DNA of 62,437 nt, counting the filler, from Sphacelaria rigidula (taxonomy: Eukaryota): NCBI GenBank assembly GCA_964200075.2. It is 7 parts of 7 records of this genome, joined end to end, with 100 filler letters (N's around TTAATTAATTAA, not from the genome) between each part and the next. Parts side by side here need not be neighbours in the genome. Positions count along the whole stretch, not along the records: positions 53,605 to 62,437 come from CAXNAA020009992.1; 6 more parts are not named here. The stretch is one strand, 5' to 3'. The translations under genes were made by a program, and so were the position numbers. Positions within the stretch are counted from its first letter, which is position 1; each line of letters starts with the position of its first letter. The notes beneath the pieces were generated by a model, which worked only from the letters and a program-made list of their open reading frames with translations, did not search any database and was not told the origin of the DNA. This document shows positions 58,390-62,437 of this stretch, in pieces.

Positions 58390-58896
58390 CTACAGGTGCA
58401 ATAGCGCATTTTGTTTTTTCTTTTTCTTTCGGCTTTACCTTATCCTCATCCTACCGTGGCAGTGTCCCTCCGGAGGTGGCAACCTAGACTTCCTCCCAAC
58501 AGTATGGGATCAACATTGCTGGGCTCTACTCCTCAGGTCTTGCGTTTTGATGGGCTCTTTACCTGAAGCCCTAGAAGGGGTCTGTAAGGGTGCGTGCAGA
58601 CTAGAGAGACTGCTTAGCTTGGCGTCTACAGTTATCTAGCATCCCTGTATTCATTCCTCTATTTTGCCTCTTCTCTCGAGTCTCAATGAGCGGTTCCTTC
58701 GTGTAAGGGTGGCAATTGTGGGTACATCTATTTTGTGATTATGGCTGGAATGAGTCGATGTGCCACAATCCGCTATTCGACCGATGAGCCAGATACGCGA
58801 AATACATGAATTATACCAATCAGCGGACAGTTCTAGGATGCAGCAACCAACATGTTTTTACAGTATTTTGTTGCCGGAGTTGTCAGCAAGTTCCCT

Positions 58897-59381
58897 TGCT
58901 GCATGCAGCGTGCCGCAGTTTAACAAGATCGGAGACCATACATGCGAGAGCAGCTCTCAAGCGCGCTTATCAGCACCCGTAACCCTACCCTCCTCGTAGT
59001 TGCGAGGTTGTCGATAACTTTGAGAAACGACTGTTTATCACTCTCATCAGCGAAGCAACGGTTTTGCTTCAAATTCAGGCAGGATAAAATGGTCTTCGTG
59101 ACGCAGGCCTCACCAGCAATAAGTATAAAACGCTTTCTGCCATCGAACAATGCATGCAAGTCAAGAATATAACCATGCAACAAAGTTTATGAAATAGTCT
59201 ATGACCTCTGCCAGACGATCTGGACAAGAAGACTATCCACGAAGGACTCCGCCAGTAGCACTGGCCTCGTGTTCGACAAGTCCTTTCTTCTAACTCCTCA
59301 TTTTTGCGGAGTGATCCTCTACAGATCACATCAAGAGTCAGACAGCGAGGGGCCACACAGATAAGGGCCATCAATCCAGCA
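58897..59381 (-). repeat. 3' LTR (~485 bp)
   Basis: Starts TGCTGGAT immediately after the PPT and ends ATGCAGCA (TG...CA, 7/8 terminal inverted match). Confidence 0.7.
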
Positions 59382-62102
59382 TCCCCTATCCCCTGCCACT
59401 GCTCCAATCATGCATGCGATTATACTGAAACCTACGGCTTGGTATCATTTGGCTACAGCACCCTTAAAGCGAGTTCAAGACGAACGAACGAGCTTCACAA
59501 CCAAAACAAACCAAGGCAAAATCGCATGCACCAGATCACAAAGAAATACCATACTCCGACGCTAATTTACTTGTCGCCGCCCGAGTCAACCGCATTTTAC
59601 GCAGTTCCTTCGAAACAAACTCAGGCGCAGAAGAATGAATCTTGCGAAGAGACTCCCACGTACGTTCTTCAGCACCGAACCCTTCCCAATCGACCAAAAC
59701 AATGACATCACCATTGCCATCTTCAGCGACGTGCACCAAAGCATTCATCCGACATTCACCTTGAGCATACGAATGCTGAAATACATGTTTTGTTCCCGAG
59801 TGATGTGCAACTGCGAGTCGGCATAGAAACGTAAACGAGCGACATGGGCCGAGTGCACGGCGCCAGAAACAACGATCTGCACCGAATACGCGTGAGCGTG
59901 ATCGGCTCCGACCACTCGCCACGGACCTGTCCATGTGGACATCAACTTTGGCGTCACACCTTGCCTGCGAACACGGACGTGTACATACAACACGAAATCG
60001 CCAACTGCAAACTTGGGCAACACAGCCTGGCCCTGAGCAAGCTTGCGTTTGGTTTCGTGACACACCGCGACAGCAGCTTGCACTTCGTTACAAAACTGCA
60101 CTTGCTCGTCAACCACGCCTCGAACCTCGTCACGCCACGAATCAGCCCCCATGACATCGATGTTCCACTCGCCGCCAGTGACAGAAGCCAGCGCGGAAAA
60201 CGCTCTACGCGGCGCACGCCCAAACATCACCCTATACGGAGTGTTACGGCAACGGTCACAAAGAGAAGTATCCAACGCCCACTGAGCGGCTGACGAAACA
60301 TCAACCCATTCAGACACCGGCCGTCTCTATTCCGACAAAATAGGCGGCAACACGCAAATAGCCTCTTTCGTCATGCGTCCACAAGCACAATTCGACCAAT
60401 GGGTATACGCAACAGCAAGTTGGTGTTGCACCTTGAGCGCGTCGCTCAGCTGCGCGATCGCTCGATTCTTGAAGTGCGTGACGGTATCACCAACCCACAT
60501 GCGCGGCACCCCCAAAGTCTTGCACGAACGGAGCAAGTGCTTAGCCGTATCCTCGGCGGTGCAAGCCTCGGTCGGCTCCAAGCAAACGGAATTGGACAAA
60601 CCATCTATGATAGCCGAAACGCACCGAAAACCATCCTTACCGGGCAAACCATTAGCACCTTCAGGTCCGCCACTTCCGGCGTACAGAAAATCAAAGTGAA
60701 CAACTTCACCTGGTGCAGTACCATGCACAGTATCGCCATACAGACGAGGTACAATCGCACCAGCACGAGTGTCTGCACAATGCAAACACTGGCGGACGAA
60801 CTCGCAAACGTGGGAATCCATGTGAGGCCACACACGGTATTTTTTCAAAGGAAACGGAGTCGGCGCCACGCCACGGTGACCAGCCGACTGTATGTGAGCG
60901 CACATCATCAAGCGAGTTTGTAGAGCCTCATCATCCGACGGAACCCGCAGAACATCACTACTGCCAACCCGCAGGCGAGACAAACCATCGTCAGCCAAAG
61001 CAGCTTGACCGAAAGTCGTAGGGAAAGAAAGAACACCGTCACCGACTGTTTTGCGCTGCGCGGTACGAATGACATCTAACGAGGGCAGGGAACCATCGGC
61101 ATCACACGGGCTGTCCACGGCAATAGAACGAACAGGCACGCTAGGAACCTTAGCCAAGCAAGCTTAACCTGACGTAAACAAACCGCCAGGCGTTACGATC
61201 GAGAAGATCTCCCGAGCCTGCGGTGCCAGAGGCATCTGCCAATACCCATGTAGCAGGTCCAACGTGCCGAAGCATTGGGCTCCCAGCAATTCCCGCATGT
61301 CTTCTTGGCTTGGCATCACCCCCCGGAGACTGTTCCACTTGCGCGTTCACCGCCTGGTAGTCGCTGACCAAACGGAATGTGTCCCTCACGGGCACCGCTA
61401 TCGCCGGACTCGCCCACATAGCCTGAATGTTCCTCACCACCAAACCAAACGCCACTATATTTGCGATGCATAAAGCAAGCCACACGGTCTTCACCGGATC
61501 GTAGCGGCGAGGCTTGATCCTCACAGTCTCCACCATTGGCTCTACGCGCTGGTGGATCACTACGCAGCGCACGACAATGTATCCACGCGACGAGCCAAAA
61601 TAGCACGCAGACACTGTGCGCCATCGGCGCTCAGACCCTTCTGCTCGGCCTGCTGCACGCTATCCTCCAGCGCACGTTCTCTTGCACCTCTCTCCTCCAC
61701 AGGGTCCATGAACATGTCGGGCTCCCGATCGACCGAGCGCTCCACCGCTTCATCCGCAGGAGCCCCCTCCTCATTGGCGCTCTGAAATGACCGTATAGAT
61801 ACAACCACACGCCTTGCAGCACGATAGCTGGGATTTTCCACGCCGGCTTGCACCGGCACAGCACGCCGGCGTAACTTATCGAACACCAGCGGGTACAAAT
61901 CACTCCCGAACTCCTTCATCGTCGCCATTCCAGCTAGGACCACGTTGTCCCTACCGGGCATGACAGCGGGGGTAATGGGCTGCAACCCCACAGCCCTCCA
62001 CGGTGTACGCACGCTAATAGTAATAGGCACCGTTTTACGTATAACCGTCACGACAGCACCCGTGGTGGTCTGAGTCGTTTGCGGTCCGTTTACGAACAAC
62101 AA
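58897..62102 (-). mobile_element. Internally deleted, frameshifted Ty3/gypsy chromovirus-type LTR retrotransposon
   Basis: In order on the minus strand: protease/linker remnant (61560-62102); RT N-terminus RRYDP...SPAIAVP...FRLVSDYQAVN...LQGYWQMPL...TPGGLFT; deletion of RT core/RNase H near 61170; integrase HHCC (AHIQSAGHRG...RQCLHC) and DDE (VHFDF, WVGD); WTGPWRV; chromodomain (VDWEGFGAEERTWE); PPT at 59382-59394; 3' LTR. Confidence 0.93.
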
Positions 62103-62437
62103 TATTTTCGTGAGATTGAGGATCTACGATACGATTGAGAGCAGGCTTTTCATGGCTTTCAGCGGCCGGGTGTCGCTGCATCATTAATGGACAAAACGCT
62201 TACCTCGCACATTGGTGCAAAATCCTACCGGATAACCTGATAATGTTTCACACCTCGGATAACGTAGTATGATATGTTACCTATGTTACGTTATTTGGCT
62301 AGGTTGGCGGGTATTGTAACACGAGAAACACATACTGCGACGAGTTCTACTGGTCTCATGTTAATGGGTAACTTATGTTACAGCCGACACTCACCGCTCT
62401 AATGACAGTGTAGTATGGTGTTAGATATAGAACCCTG

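Noticed and set aside
26703-62437. A multi-gene cluster linking the EsV-1-7, AAA ATPase, transferase and 7TM genes
   Set aside because: They lie on different contigs joined artificially.

Overview
Eukaryotic, intron-rich and TE-rich DNA, most likely from a brown alga (Phaeophyceae). This is inferred from an EsV-1-7 repeat gene, a stramenopile-type ribosomal P2 C-terminus, GT-AG introns with polypyrimidine acceptors and TTAGGG-like motifs. The window is not one locus: six identical 100-nt N/TTAATTAATTAA spacers join seven segments of 8834 bp (the last is 8833 bp), so it is most likely a set of length-sorted contigs with no synteny across spacers. Genes rebuilt by hand from phase-consistent splice sites: (1) part of a CLASRP/SFRS16-like RS protein; (2) a complete 2-exon 59-aa Cox9/COX6C/plant COX5c-like microprotein; (3) an intronless 12-repeat EsV-1-7 Cys/His protein; (4) the 3' exons of an ATAD1/Msp1-like AAA ATPase with a GC-AG intron; (5) a complete 4-exon RPLP2; (6) divergent from RPLP2, the first two exons of a membrane-anchored protein whose motif resembles DUF2064/TIGR04282 (arsenosugar-associated) glycosyltransferases; (7) the 3' exons of an orphan 7TM-like protein. 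The rest is mobile DNA: a deleted Ty3/gypsy chromovirus plus an inverted partial copy, two tRNA-derived SINE families, hAT, piggyBac and Stowaway-like non-autonomous elements, an OTU-bearing remnant and long foldbacks. All family assignments come from recalled motifs; no database search was run.
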